Positions 39,001 through 52,500 of a DNA stretch of 64,000 nucleotides are shown one piece after another. How positions within the stretch are numbered: the stretch's first letter is position 1; every line of letters starts with the position of its first letter. The translations under genes and the position numbers were made by a program. Source of the DNA: Amoebophrya sp. A120 (lineage: Eukaryota > Protista > Dinoflagellata); assembly GCA_905178155.1 (NCBI GenBank), contig CAJINV010000002.1:7923650-7987649 (forward strand), given 5' to 3'. Under the pieces are notes generated by a model, which saw only the letters and a program-made list of their open reading frames with translations, did not search any database and had not been told where the DNA came from.

Positions 39001-40688
39001 GTCAGTGGTGGTAAAGTGATTGTGAGTTATTGCATCTACTCTACGGCATAGCTCCCCCCTACTCTACGGCATAGCACACCAGAGTTGTCATGCAGATTTG
39101 CATGCCAAAAAGGTTTCCCATGCGGAGCCGCATGAGAAGCGTTTTCTAATCGTGTTTGAGAATTTGCGATGCTCTAATCAGCATGATATGCTAGATCTGT
39201 GATGCTGCTTGAGGTAGCTAAACAGGATTACACTACGGGGCCAAATTTGTCATGCGAAACAACCAAAGCTGGATAATTTGTCTAGCAGATTTCCCATCTT
39301 GACTCTGGTGTGGGGATGTTTTTACACAGGATATTCTGCCGCTGGAGGCAGACCCGCTTCAGCGCCTCCATCATGTAGATAGTGTTGTTGCAGTACATCG
39401 TGTATCAAATGCAAAAATGTCTGGGTCTGGAATGTTGCCGGGTTTGTCATGCATACTTTGCATGACCCAGGATGTCTGTAATGCACGACCTAGCATCACA
39501 GATTTCTAGATGGCTTCCTGATGCCTACTCCGCATGACAAATGCCCTCCCCGCGTAGCACAAACTAGACTCCTCTTGCTGGTCATGCAATACAGATTTTT
39601 TTAGAGTCCAAAGTTCGCATCACAAGTTCCGACCTTCCAGACCCAGACATTTTTACAGTTGATATCGTGAACTCCGGGTCGTTGGGGTCCACCAGCTCCG
39701 GCCGGGAGAGTCGACTGTCCGACCAAACTACCGGATAGCCGTCGTGAGCGAAGCCGAGGAACCGCGTGCTGCCGTTGTTCATCAGCAGCCGTTCCGGGGG
39801 CTGCAACGCGGTGGGAAGAAAGTTGTTCTTCGCGTTCCTTTTCCGCGCCTCGCGCCACCGGACGGTGGCGCGGAAGCTCCGCACGGCCGCAGGCACGTCG
39901 TTCTCCGTGGACGCGAGAAACCGGAGAACTTCCTCCCGGGTGTATCAAAAGGAAAAATCCTCCCTCCCCATATCGAAAACGAAACTTGTGATGCTGGATT
40001 TCCGTATACAAATCTGATTTGTATTGCGGTAGAGGACTGCACGCAGATCGTAAGCCTAAAGAGGGGCCTCTTGGTGTAGGGGCCTAGCATGGCAAACGTC
40101 TGCCCTATAGGCCTTGCAGCATTACCAATCGCCTGCATATCGTGGGGGAGTCTCTGAGTTTGCCCTCTTGCAAGAGAGACAGGATTTGTGGTCACAAATC
40201 AGCATCACAACTTTTTAGAAACATACCTTTTCAGTATGGGGAGGGGGGATTTTTCCTTACGATAGGGTGTAGATGGTTTGCTGCTCGTCCGCGAACAGCA
40301 GCTGCTCCCAGTCCTCAAGGGGCACGCCTGGCGGGGGTTCTTGCTGCTCCTTGCCTGCTTCTATGTTATTGTTGGGTGCTGCCGTTTTTGAAGCCACTTG
40401 ATCTTGATGACGCGCTATCGGAGCTGCATCATCTTCTTCGGCGTTGATGCGTCGGAGCTCAAGCAAAAACGCCTGGTAAACTGAATCTTCCCTGGCATCG
40501 GGCCGCTGCGCCTCCAGCTGGTGATTCACCCGAGCAGGTGCTGCTGCTTTCTTTTCTCGTCTTTCTTTTCCCCCTGCTCCAGGTGGTCTAGACCGGGGGT
40601 GGTGCCAGGCCTTTTGGCTTTGTTCCAACTCGTCCTGGACATCGAGAGGTCGTCGGGCAGTTCTACCATCCATGATCTGGGTCGACAC
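36039..40688 (-). CDS. CRAL-TRIO (Sec14-like) lipid-binding protein with C-terminal hydrophobic segments; start uncertain
   Basis: EVLRFLASTENDVPAAVRSFRATVRWR (CRAL-TRIO_N), LMDFSGW, NHYPG..IINAPPLF..AWSIF, ILPFEYGG. Joined across three introners. Confidence 0.88.
37743..39333. mobile_element. Introner family C carrying a 1.29-kb insert, TSD TTCTG
   Basis: C TIRs at both ends. 1591 - 1292 - 19 = 280 bp, the family C size. Join LQRQ|KLPTF. Confidence 0.95.
37783..39074 (-). mobile_element. Non-autonomous internal-deletion derivative of retrotransposon 2
   Basis: 37783-38008 matches 47004-47236, and 38009-39060 matches 55987-57034. 19-bp TSD CACACCAGAGTTGTCATGC at 37764-37782 and 39075-39093. 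Confidence 0.93.
39403..39664. mobile_element. Introner family B (262 bp), TSD TCGTG
   Basis: B TIRs. Join PEFT|MYCN. Confidence 0.95.
39943..40264. mobile_element. Introner family A (322 bp), TSD GGGTG
   Basis: A TIRs. Join TIYT|REEVLRFL. Confidence 0.95.
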
Positions 40689-41833
40689 TAGAATCCGCCG
40701 GCCACGCTCGGGGCAACGCCCGAGGCGGAATTGCCTTGTTATCGCGGATCTCTAGCAGGGAGGAGATCTTCGTGGCGTGATCACTACATTTTAGCGCTGC
40801 GCGGGCACCAAAGATGGCACTCCCAAGAAAAACGAAACAGTACAAGCGAGGCAATTAGGTGCAGCCAATACACCAAGTCGTGTTCTTGTGCTCAAATTTT
40901 GTTTTCTCATCCTTCATTCCCTTGCTGCATCGGCAAAAAATTTTCGTCTTTGATCACTTACATATTTTTGTGAGCATACTTGTGAGTCAAAATAAAAGTG
41001 GGGTCCTGAAGATGCACCACGTGACGTAATTGTTGCTGTGACACGATTCTTCTCGACCGCCAGTTAAAGACACAGAAAAAACCCTGAGTTACCTTTCGTC
41101 CCCAAGGGTCAAAAAGCAGGAAAAGAAATACACCGAACATCTGTGCGCGCCTTGCTGTCACCGAAAGTGAAAAACAACTGACAATCAGCCGAGTAATTGT
41201 TATGTTGATGCAAAAAGACAAATTTGAATTTCCTGTATGGTGCAATCCGGGATATCATTATCATCCATCTCGCGACCGAAAGAGACTTGATAAAAACATC
41301 ACGCATTTTTTGAATTCACTGTGTTACACAGTAACAAAAGCTGGATAAAAACTAAGTACACCGAAGAGGTTTACTGACGGCGACGCCGATACTTTGCTCA
41401 GACCACACGCAGCAAGCCCAACCACAATCAAAAGTATCACAGAGGAAAAGACATCATCACCGAAGAGATTTTTCTATGAAACTTCCATACACCTGCTTTT
41501 TGTTCAGGAACAAACATTTGTGTCGAGAATCCTCCTGTTAAGTATAACTGGCATATGGAGACGAGCACTAGCATATTTTTTCCAATTTTGGGTCAACTTG
41601 AATGACTGAATGCCAACATGTACCAGATCATTGCCCGCTGTCACTTTTGGTAAAAAAGAGCGCTTCGCTCATGTCGTATGTCGTTCTGTTGCTAACCTTT
41701 CCTGACGTTCACTTGTTCCAGCAAGAGCAGCTGTTTCCGTTTTATTCCAGTCGTATCCTCAACCCCCACCCACCCTGCTCTGCGCTTGCCCCTGCGCACC
41801 AGGAGGACTGTTTTCGGAGAAAAACGAGCACAC

Positions 41834-42490
41834 CTTTTCGTATTTTTTATCCGTAGCCAGCAGCGACTGCGTGTTTCGGCACTGCTGCTCCACAGCTAGA
41901 AGTTCGTCGTACCCACCGACATGCAGCTGCTCGATGAAGATGTTGGGAACCTGTTTATTGCGGAGATAGATTCACCTCAATAGTTGTACCAGTATCTCCA
42001 TAAGCAACCTCTCTTCATCTGCTACAGTGTACCGTGTCCCCAAGAACGCGTCTAGTTGCGCCGCCAGCTGCACAAGCTTGGAGTTAAAGATAAAGACCCA
42101 CTCTTGCACTATAGACGCGATCCTTATCTCTTCGCAGCCCAACGTGCGGCACTAAAAACGTAAGCGAGACATAAAGTTAACATTTTTCAGTTTATTCCGA
42201 TAAAACACCTAGAGCATCAGTTCCTTTCCCCCTGAACTCTAGTACCGTCCGCTGGTTTGTCACAGCGGTGACCACCGCGCCTAGAAGTCGGTTGTTTTCT
42301 TCGTCCAGCTGGATGGTGTGGCATTTTTTTCCAAAATGCTGCAGAAAGTCTTTTGCGTAGTGACAGTAGGGACAGGACTTGGTCGAGAACATGAGGCAAC
42401 TGTTTTTTGCCACCGCGTCCTCCATTTTCGCGAACGTATCCCGCACTTGCTTCTCCTGCTCCTGGTTGGCCCCGGCACCGCTTGCCGGCT
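41834..42490 (-). CDS. Dithiol glutaredoxin (CPYC); ends approximate
   Basis: MFSTKSCPYC..., QRT|VPNIFIEQLHVGGYDEL across a GT-AG intron at 41951-42245. Confidence 0.9.
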
Positions 42491-43523
42491 ATCCTGTGGA
42501 ACAAAGTACTTACTCTTTCTTTTTTTTCTGCTGTTCTTGTTATTTGTTCATGCCCGAAGTTGACAGGTCGGTATGCAACAAATATTAAAAAGTCTGATAT
42601 GCATCGACCTACATCTCTTGCGCTAATTTCTTGTGCTACGCCCCTTGTTCTCTTCTTTCTAGCCGTGCAAGCTGGTTTCAAGTGATTCTTGGACGCTGAA
42701 TAAACTGAAAGTACACAAAAGCTGCATTAGAATGTCTGTTACGTCAGGATTAGAGGTCGTTGTCTGTTGCACACGATAGCGGGCCAGGAGGGTGCACCAC
42801 CGAGTTGGCGCCAATCATTTAGTTCCTTGCAAATCCACCTACTCCAAAAATTCGTTCAGCTATATTCTGCGGACTTCTTGCTACTTCGCTATTTGTATTT
42901 CTCTTAGATAAACAGGCATATCAATTCAAGAATAGCGCGGCAAAAAGTAATGCAAGCAAAGTATTAATTCTTCAACTTCAACTACGACTCAACCATGGGC
43001 TTTACTTTTCCCAAAGTTGCGTCGAAAAATCCGTCTTCAATCACTGCAAAACGGTGTCAAACACGCAACGAATTGCGCGTCAGAAGCTCAGGAAGAACGT
43101 CTCGTTTTCCGATCTACAAGGTGTAGTAGAACAGAGCAAAAATTCAAACTAAAGAGAGCTCGCGGCAGGAACAGCGCAAGAACTCTGAGACATGAGACTC
43201 ACCCGAGGCAATCGCAGTCATTTGCTGGTGGTGTTTTATTTTCTCGGAGGTGCGTCGATATTTTGATTACGTGATTAATACGACCACCGGTATACAAAAA
43301 ATTGATCCTGCACTTAGCGTTTCCGTCCCTCGCTCTGTCGAGCATTCGCCCATTCAATCCGAGCCCCCCTAAGTACCTACCCCAAAGCGATTTTCTCTAG
43401 TACAACGGGGCCTTGGCCGATCTCCCGTAAAAAGCAGGCCCAACATCGAGAGTGATAGAACAAGTCCGCTCGTGAAAATGAGGAACTCCAGCACGGACAG
43501 GACGCGGCGGCGCGTTTCGTCAC

Positions 43524-46500
43524 TTATATGCGGCAAACGTAACTGCAGCTCTGCGTCACGTACCGCACCCAGCGGTAGGGGTTGTAATTCTGGTGCTGCT
43601 CCGCGATGCGCAGGTACCGCACGCCGATCTTTGACAGAGAAAACATCGGAATCTCGAAATTCACCGAGATGGGCCCGAGGTTCAGCTTCGCCGACGGAAG
43701 TTGCGATTCTCGGACAAGTATCAAGGTGCCCCTGCAAAGGAGCGGGATGCGCTGTCACGGTCGCGTGAATCTCGTACTTCTACCCACTTGAAGCCAAAGC
43801 CAATCGATAGCGACATCTCATGCAGATACGGGACGCAAGTCCATGTTGGCTTTGGCATTGCGATTCTTTTTAAAGAAAATTTACGTCGAAATAATGACAT
43901 AACCCACGACTGTGACAGTTGCAGTTCCCGCCCCGGGAAAATAGATGTTCTACTTCGGTCCCCTCGCATAGAGTTCAGTCGAGTTTTCAGGGTGAATTCG
44001 CTGTTGCCCGGGAACTTCTTCAGCTGCCACACAAGCTTGTTTTCGTTCGGTAGAAACTCGACCTGTTTCTTCTGCTCGGTGTTCTGTGCCGCGTTCGCGG
44101 ACCCGGACCCGCCGCTGCTGGACTGAAACACCTCGGTGGCGGAGATGCTCGCGTATTAAGAGGAAAAATCCCCCCTCCCCATATCAAATGGGAAATCTGT
44201 GGTGCAGGATTTGCGTACACAAATGCGCGCTGTCTTGCGGTACGGCATCGCAGCCAGATCCGCAGCCTAGGGAGGGACGTTTGGGTCTAGTTGCTTAGCA
44301 TTACAAAGGGCTGTCCTCTAGGCCCCACAGCATGTCAAATCGCTTCCATAAAGGCGCGGAAGCCTCTGCGTTGGTCTTCTTGCAAGACGGACGTGATTTG
44401 TGGTCTCAAATCAGCAAGACAAATTTTGCGAAGCATGCCTTTTCGATGTGGGAAGGGGGGATTTTTCCTTTTGATATCGCGACGAGGTTCTTCGGGAACT
44501 GACACTGAAACACGACGTTGCCCCCGTAGTTGGTGTCGGGCAGCTCGGCTCGCGCCGTGATCGTCAGCTCGCAGGAGGTCACCTTGTCCGCCTGCTGCTG
44601 GGGCGGGAAGGAGACCCGGGGAAAAATCCGGAAGGGCACCTTCAGCTCGTTCGTGATCCGGTAATTCATCACCGCAAACTCCCCGTCGGGTGGGAAAAAC
44701 GACAGAATTCCTGTTGTAGAAAAGTAGAGTTCTTGTGTACCACTAGTACCTGCTTGGTTATATTAGCATTCTGCACAATCGAACTCAAATCGAAAATTTG
44801 AAACAAGTATTTTGCTGAAGAAATGTTCCTCATGACAACGTTGTAGCGAGAGCAATACTTTGGTCGTCAAAGTCCCGGAGGTCCACGCACTCGTGAAAGT
44901 TGCAGTCGTCGAGCTGTACACTTGCAAACCGATTATTTGCTGTATCACGATGGCGAAATGCATTCTGCTTCTGATTCCCAGAGTTCAAGAGGATAAGAAT
45001 CAGCGCGTTCCACGCCGGAAGGTAACTCGAGATGGACTAACTGCGGAAGAGCTGCTTCATAACAGACTCATCTCGCGCCTACTTTATGGTTTTCTTTCTC
45101 ATCAGGATCACGCCGCCAAGGGAAAGGGGCACAGTTTTCAGCATGGCTCCTGGTGCATGCCGATGTGTTCCTCCCGTGAGCTGCATGCACCTCCAATAAA
45201 CGAACTTTGGTCTTTGCTCTCTTAGAATCAAAAGAAGCTTGCAGATTTCCTGTTGATAGCCGGAGGCTGCGCCGATGACCAGGTCCTCGTTGAGCGCGAG
45301 CTTCAGTTCGGGATTTCCGGAGAGGTAGCTCTTCATTTGAATTGACCCGTCCACGCACGCGTTCAGAATTTGCCTATCAGTTTTATTGCGGTTTTTTGCG
45401 TGCTTTCGAGTCCTTTGTTTCTCGCTGAGTCGCACTTTTTCTTATACTTATTTCGCGTCATGCGAATGATCAATTACAGTTTTCAGCAGCTAAAACACGA
45501 GAGAAAATGTGTCACGTCGGAGGGCACAGGTTCCGCGATTCCATTCTGCTAGCGGGTGGCTTAGAATAGAAGAACAAAGTAAGAATTATGTATGAAAAGA
45601 TACACTTTGATACCCGCTAGAGTTGCAATATCACACGAAAAAGCTGTATTGCAACTGCCGGGTGCCTTGTTTGCGCCACATTCTTGCACTACTCCTTTCT
45701 TTCCAACGCCCACTGGCCCAATGCAAAAACCTTCGAGGCAGTTGTAATGCAGTTTGGTTCTATTTGGATATCATAAGCACGGTGACGCGCTCGAGGATGT
45801 CTACGAAAATTTCGTTTTTTGCGACGATCTTGTCTTGTGTAGGCCCGACCGGCCGGTGAACCGCGTTGCTCGGCACAGTTCGCGCAGTCAGGTTGGGTAA
45901 CGCCGCTACGCCTTTCAGCGCACCACCTGACAAAAGGAGAAATTTGTAATTGCTTTTATTTCCGTGCATATACCTGCAGAATTTGTGTCTGTTCCTTCTA
46001 GGCTACTGCTGAACTTCCGGAAAGTGCCTTTTTCAAAGTCAGTCTGTAGAACAAAGAGTGGAACTAAAACTCTGAAGAAGAATAAGCACCTCCCAGCGCA
46101 TTGCTGACTGCGGTCCCGGCGCTCCACTATCGAATGCAAAAACTCGGTCAGACCCAGAAGAGTCATACGTAAAACAGCGGAAACAAACAGTGCTTCTAGT
46201 ACATGAAAAAATGGACTTTATTTGCTGGCAATCTTTACAAACAATTCACCTTGGCGCGGAGGATCAAAACACTAAAGAGCTTGTTCGCATGCCGATCTCA
46301 CTTTTGAAAAAGCGCACAATGCCTAGCGGGTTGTCTCGAGATGAAGCTGGACGACCTGTGCATGAAGAACTATCTCAGGTGTAGTTGTTTCCCTGTTATG
46401 TCTGTAATCATGTAAGTATGGTATGCGTATAACTCGTCCGTGGACAAGAACATTCTTCCTGGTGCGTATCTGCAGGCCACTGGCGACTGTGTTTTCGTTC

Positions 46501-49500
46501 AGCACCGCGGCGGCTTCGTTGTGGACACAGAGCCGCAGCTGCTCCGTGGAAGTAGTCTGCGGGTACCCGAAGTCCAGCATTTCGTCGAGGAGTTCGTAGA
46601 GGAGCACAAAGTTCTTCCGTATGGACTCTTCGGTCAGCGTGCCGCAGTAGTCTTTGAACACCTTGCAGATATGCATTGCAAATATGTCTGGGTCTGGAAG
46701 ATTGCACCTTGTCATGCTACATCTGGATCGTGGAAAAATTTGTGTTGCGTGATTACCAAAAAAGGCCCACTTTTGAACAAGTTTACAGGCAGTTTCTCAT
46801 GCAGGAAAGGCATGATAGAGATCTCACAGAACCTGTCATGCTAGGCCGTGCATGCCAGACCGGGTGGGTCATGAAAAAACTGCATGACAAACCTAGCAAT
46901 CTTCATCCAGACCCAGACATTTTTGCATTTGATAGCAGATCTTCGTGAGCAACTCCAGCAACATATCCTGAGGAAAAACGTACCCACCCCAGAGTTGTCA
47001 TGCTAAACAAAATGCGACACACTTTGCCCCCCCATTGTACCATGGCCGCAGATGGCTTGGCACGCAGGGCGGGTGGGTCAGGCGGACACCGAAGTGCCAT
47101 CACCATCATCTCCCGGCCACTATATCCCAACTCTGATCTCGCCAACCAACCATACTGCGCCAACAACCATACTGTGCCAACTTGCCAACTGAACAACGCC
47201 TCGCTTTTTTTTTTTTTTTGCCAACAATTCCTTACTGTTCAATTCAATTCATGGAGCGGCCCCGTGCTGGAACACTTCTGGTGGTGGACGTGAGCACGAG
47301 ATTTGCGGCTTCGCGCCGCGACAACCAAATGGGGGTCCCTTCCCCCCCCCTCCGTTTTCAAAAATCCCGTTTGTGCGTGCATGATGCAAAGGGCCAACAT
47401 CGGTGGTCGACATGGATGAACTCGAGATCAAGCTCGAAACGAAAGCACCGGCCACAAAAAGAATAAGCGAAAATCTTCGGCGAGGATCGGAAGACCGCAA
47501 TTTGTGATGCCAATGGCTGCTAAAACCCGAACGGCGGGGGGGTATCTACCGCGCCGAGCGCGCGGATTCGTTTTCCTTTACGTGTCGAGCCGGTAGCAGC
47601 GGCACACGCCACATCTCTTCCATCTTGCAGCGTCCGGACGGATGTGTTGGGGGCATAGCAGTGCGGGGGGATACTAACTTACTGCGGCTTAGCAGGGCCG
47701 GATTTGTCATGCAAAATTTGTTTTCGGATAGTGCTGAACGAACTTTTTTCCTCTTTCTAGAGCTAACAAGTCACCGCGTCACGCCTAGGTGACACCCGCA
47801 AGCTATTTAGTAGCTGCGCCGCCTGAATGGTTTTTTAAGTACTGACCCGGTAGCAGCGGGCGAAAGATCTTTTTTAGGAAACTACACCGGCAGCTTCGTG
47901 CAGCTACCGCAGATAGCGAGCAGGGCGCCGCTAGTAAAACCAATAAACTCTAAATAATTTGTCATGCAAAATTGGAATTTGAATCTTGTAGTACAGCAGC
48001 TTCGGGACCATCCGGGAGAGAAAACTCCGCTTTGCCGCAGCTGCAGGTGCCTTCGTCGCGGTCGAGGATGTCTTGCATGGCATCGGCTCACGCTGAAGTC
48101 GAAGTTGCAGATCGGCGCGCGGGGAGGACGGGCTTGAGACTGGATTTCTACGTTTCGCCCAGCTGGCTCGAAGGGACCCGGCAGAAAAGCAAGATGGGCT
48201 TCACGAGGCCGAAGTACAGCTATGTAGTGCGGTCCGACCGGTGATCTGGATGAAAATGCGCTACACCGCACCGGCCGATCCGGATAAAAAAAAAAGTGGC
48301 GCAACAGCATCGCACTTTCACGCTATCTGGATGAAGATGTGCTGCCAAACCGCAGCCCGGTAGAAGGACAACATGGCGAGCTCCGAAACGCGGCCCGGCT
48401 CCGGTCCAGGCAAGTAAGATTCCGGCTGTTCCCAGGGCGGCGGCGTGGGCCCGATACGCCGCGGGGTCTGGTAGCGACGGAAACCGGCGCCAGGTGGGGA
48501 TTCCTGTTCTGCGAAGGCGTAAACAGGGTCAGCAGCTGGTTTGGCGGTGTTGGTGCCCTGTACACCGGTTTTCTGGCCACTAGGCGCGATTCGGGCGGAA
48601 CAGACCGAAGCTGTTCTTTTTTCCTTTATCTCCGTATTCACCTGCTACCACGGTGAGTTTGTCGCAAGTGAAGCAGCTGCTGCTTCGTGGTCACCTCCAC
48701 GTCGTCAGGATCAGGTCGTGGCGGAGTATTATGGATGGAAAAACCGAACGGAGAAATGCAATATTAAAACTGTACGCTATCGAGATGCTGGGGACACCGC
48801 CGGCAAGTCAGCTCGGCGGCATTGCTTTTATGGTGCTATGATGTGACTTCCATGTTCTGAATGCTTCGAAACTGAGACCCGTGCCCAGAACTGAAACCCT
48901 GAACCGAAACCCGAACCGCAAACCCGGGCCCGACACCCGGCCGCAACCGAGACGGGTGTATACCGTCGGAAGTGCAGCTGTGTTTTTGCACCGACCGGAG
49001 GAGAGCGACTAGGACTAACCCTGACGAAGGCGTACAGCCGGGGGAAGAAAGTGAGTCGAGGAGGGGTGGGGAAGCGAGGAGGGGCGACAAGAGTCCAGGC
49101 AGCCCAGGACGGAAGATCAGCAACAGAGACGATTGCTCCCCCGGAGCGCCAGCTGATGACCCGGGAATAGAGGCAGGTTGGTGAAGACCAACAAGAAAAA
49201 GAGATATAACCCGGGCGGAGTAGGGCGACCTTATGAGAGGCCTGTAGCAAAATATATTTTGTTGCGCGATTGCCGAAAGTCCACTTGATCCCTAGTAGAA
49301 AATGCCCGCGGGCGGGGCAAACTCACAACTGTGGCGGTCTCATACCGTCCTAAGTGCTATCATGTTTTGAACTTATCAAAAAAACCCAGCCGTGCTGAAA
49401 CCCCGAGAAGCCGAAAGCTTATGGCACGCACGTTACCCGGAACGGAAATCCCCCGGAACCGAAGCCCCCGGAAGGGCGGGAAGAGGACACAGTGGTTCTG

Positions 49501-52500
49501 GCAGGCAGCTAAGAACGGGGGAAACTAACGCTCCACCGCAGCGCAAGCGGAAGACCTGGGAATACAATAACCAACAGGTCAGTGAAGACTAACAAATACT
49601 AGTAGAAAGTCCCGCCAATAGATTCAATACGATACTCGTGACGGGGTATATGAGTACATCAAATACAACATGGAATCTGCATGACAAATTGATTTTTATC
49701 CGTTTGGTTTGTGTGTAATCCCCGCCTTTTTCGGCACTGGACATTCTGCGCCGAATATCCGCTTCCACTACAGATGTGGGCTAGAGCCGGTGGCGCGGTG
49801 CCCTTTCGCGGGTTGGTCGAAGAAGTTGCAAAAGGGGCGAAGACAGGTCGACGAGCCGTGTGCTTCCTGAGCAGGTTCAGCTTGCCCGGGCCGCCATAGT
49901 ATGTTCACCGCCTGGCGGGGGATTCCTGGCATCGCTGCTGGTGTGCGGTTCTAGGTGTTTTTATACAGTGGGAAAGCTGACGGACGCACGTTAGTAGCAG
50001 TTTGTCATGCTTAAAGTATTGCAAATGCAGGAACACGCAGTGGAAGTGCTGAGAGCGAAGTATTTCTCGACGGGCATTTGTTGCCGAAATAAGATTTATT
50101 TTAGACGCTATGGGTAAGCGATGGCATCGCAGAGATCATGCACACAGTGTGGGCTTAGTCATTAGCACTGGCGAAATTTAAAATGTCTATTTTACGCGCG
50201 CCGAACTAGATTAGAACTACACACGAGCGACGAACTTTATTACAGGACCAAGGAGAAAACTTCTTGCTTGTTTTTTCTTTTACTTTTTGTTTGGTGCGCA
50301 TGACAAACTGCTACCGTGGTAGTGTCCGTTCTTAACTTCAAGGAGAGTATGCTGCTACTCCGTCACCGGTAGCTGGGTGCTGTGCCTCGGATGGTCGCAT
50401 CCGCGTTGTCGCCAGTCCGGCTGTCTACTTGGTCACGTCCGTCGTGCTGCGGTGGCATAGTAGCAGGTAGTCGGGGGTGTGAGATTAGAGATACACGCAG
50501 AACGACACACGAAACGCAACGACACTTCGAGGGATATATATTTTCCTCTCGATATCTCCTCCCGCTGCACCGGTCACACCACACAGTCCTCGTTGGGTGC
50601 CACTCTAGCGCTAATTTCTACTCTTTCTATCTCAACTACTACTCCCTGCTCGACTTTACTTCTGTTACAACAATGCTGATTTTGAGATTCTGCATGGTTG
50701 CTGCCTTTTAACCAAGAGAGCGTAGCTGGTCCTCTACATTTTCTTCTTTTTTGCTGTATCTACCAACTTTGTGTACATGAAAGAGAACCAAGTAACCGTC
50801 TAGCTCCAACAGTATCACATACATCTTGCGCAACTTTAATTTCCTCTTAGCATAATAATGACGCTGGCAGTTCATATACTTCTCAGCACGGCATTCGGAC
50901 CTTTAGCTTGTAACTTAGTTCGTACTTGTTGGCTTTTCGTTTGCATATTCGGATATTCTATTTGCATAATTTTTTGGTATTATCATATACTAGAAGGCTG
51001 AGCAGGTGAGTAGTGGTTTACAGATAGACTTTTTCATTCCTCGCCATGTGGATCCTGGGTCTCCGCGAACGCTGGCATGTCCTCCGGGTCCTGAGTGGCA
51101 GGAGGCGGTCGAGATGAGGACGCAGCAGTCGCGCCGGTCTTCCTCGCCTTCCGTACCTGGGGGGACTTTGCAGCTGCTGTTCTCTTCCCCGATGCTGCTG
51201 CCGCAGCAGTGGTCTTTACCGGATATTTCTTCGCCGGTACTGTTGTTGCAGCAGTGGTCTTTGCCGCAGTTTTTCTCCCCGGTGCTGCTGTCGCCACAAC
51301 AGTCTTGCTCGCCGTAGGATTTTCCTTTTCAGAATTGCTGCTTGCAGGCGGCAGGCCCGGTTCCTGCGTGTGGGGGGGGATTGGAGGTTGCGGCACCAGC
51401 GTCCCTGTTGGTTCGGTCTGCGGGCCCGCCCCAGTCCCTGTCGGTGGCTTTGGTGGTACCAATTTTGCCATGTTGGTGCGGATAATTTTCGCCAGCTTGT
51501 ACTTGTGCATTTTTTGCGTCAGCTCCTGCAGGCAAATAGGCAGCTTGAAGCTCCGCCGGGGCCAGTCCGCATACTGGTCGCGGCCGGACAACTCCAGGAC
51601 CGAGGTCGTCGCCACGTGGGTGTTGTGCGCCCCGATGCCCTTGGTTTTGTTGATGTCCAAGTCAAACCGCTTCGCGGAATGCAGCCAGATCCTGTCTTTC
51701 CACTCCATCGTCGCAAGCCAAAACTCACGGAAGACACCCGAGCCCCGGACTTTGTCGTTGATTCCTAGGCCTTCGACGATCACGTGGGGCCGGAAACCCG
51801 AGATACTCGCCGCGGTGGACATGCGCCGCAGCGCCTCGGTAGCGGTCTGCAAGTACCTGAACCGCGCCGCGGTTTGTGGGCAGGGTATTCCCACATGGTC
51901 CGTGGACTTGATCGCCATCCTGGATGTTGAGTCGGTGTTCAACACGATCGCGCTGTTGGTCGATCGGCATGCCGTGATGACATACGCGCCTGGGATGTAT
52001 CGCGGGCCCACGCCACCGGGAGCAACATGGGGGAAGGGGCACACCTGCTGCAGTTCTGTTGTCAGCGTGTCGCACACCCCGGCGGGGCTGGTAGTGATAA
52101 ACCCCGCTCCTGCTGCGTTGTGCTGGATCGTTAGTTCGAGACTTTTATCGGCCAGATTGGTGGCGTTGATCCAAGTACGGGCCGACTCGTCAACAAATCC
52201 AGCGGGCCCGTTCGTGGGCACCCTTCTCGTAATTTCTGGCAGAAACTCGCTTTGCCCGGTAAGTGCAGTCCATTTCCCGGCCGCCTGCCGCAGTGCCTTG
52301 GTGGCCTGTAGCCAGGGGTCCACCGCGTTCACGAGATCGGTAGAAAAAGCCAGCTTGTACAGGGCCTCCGCGTCAAGCTTATTCAGCGCCAGCAGGTCCA
52401 CGATGTGCTGGTTGCTGAATCCGAGAAAATTCATGATGGAAGTTGCGACTTGGTGCAAGTACTTCTTCCATTTTTCCGTCGACCAAAGCTTCACAGCAAG

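Noticed and set aside
48890-48930. Telomere-like AAACCCTGAACCGAAACCCGAACC
   Set aside because: Only 3-4 degenerate units; no true TTTAGGG array.
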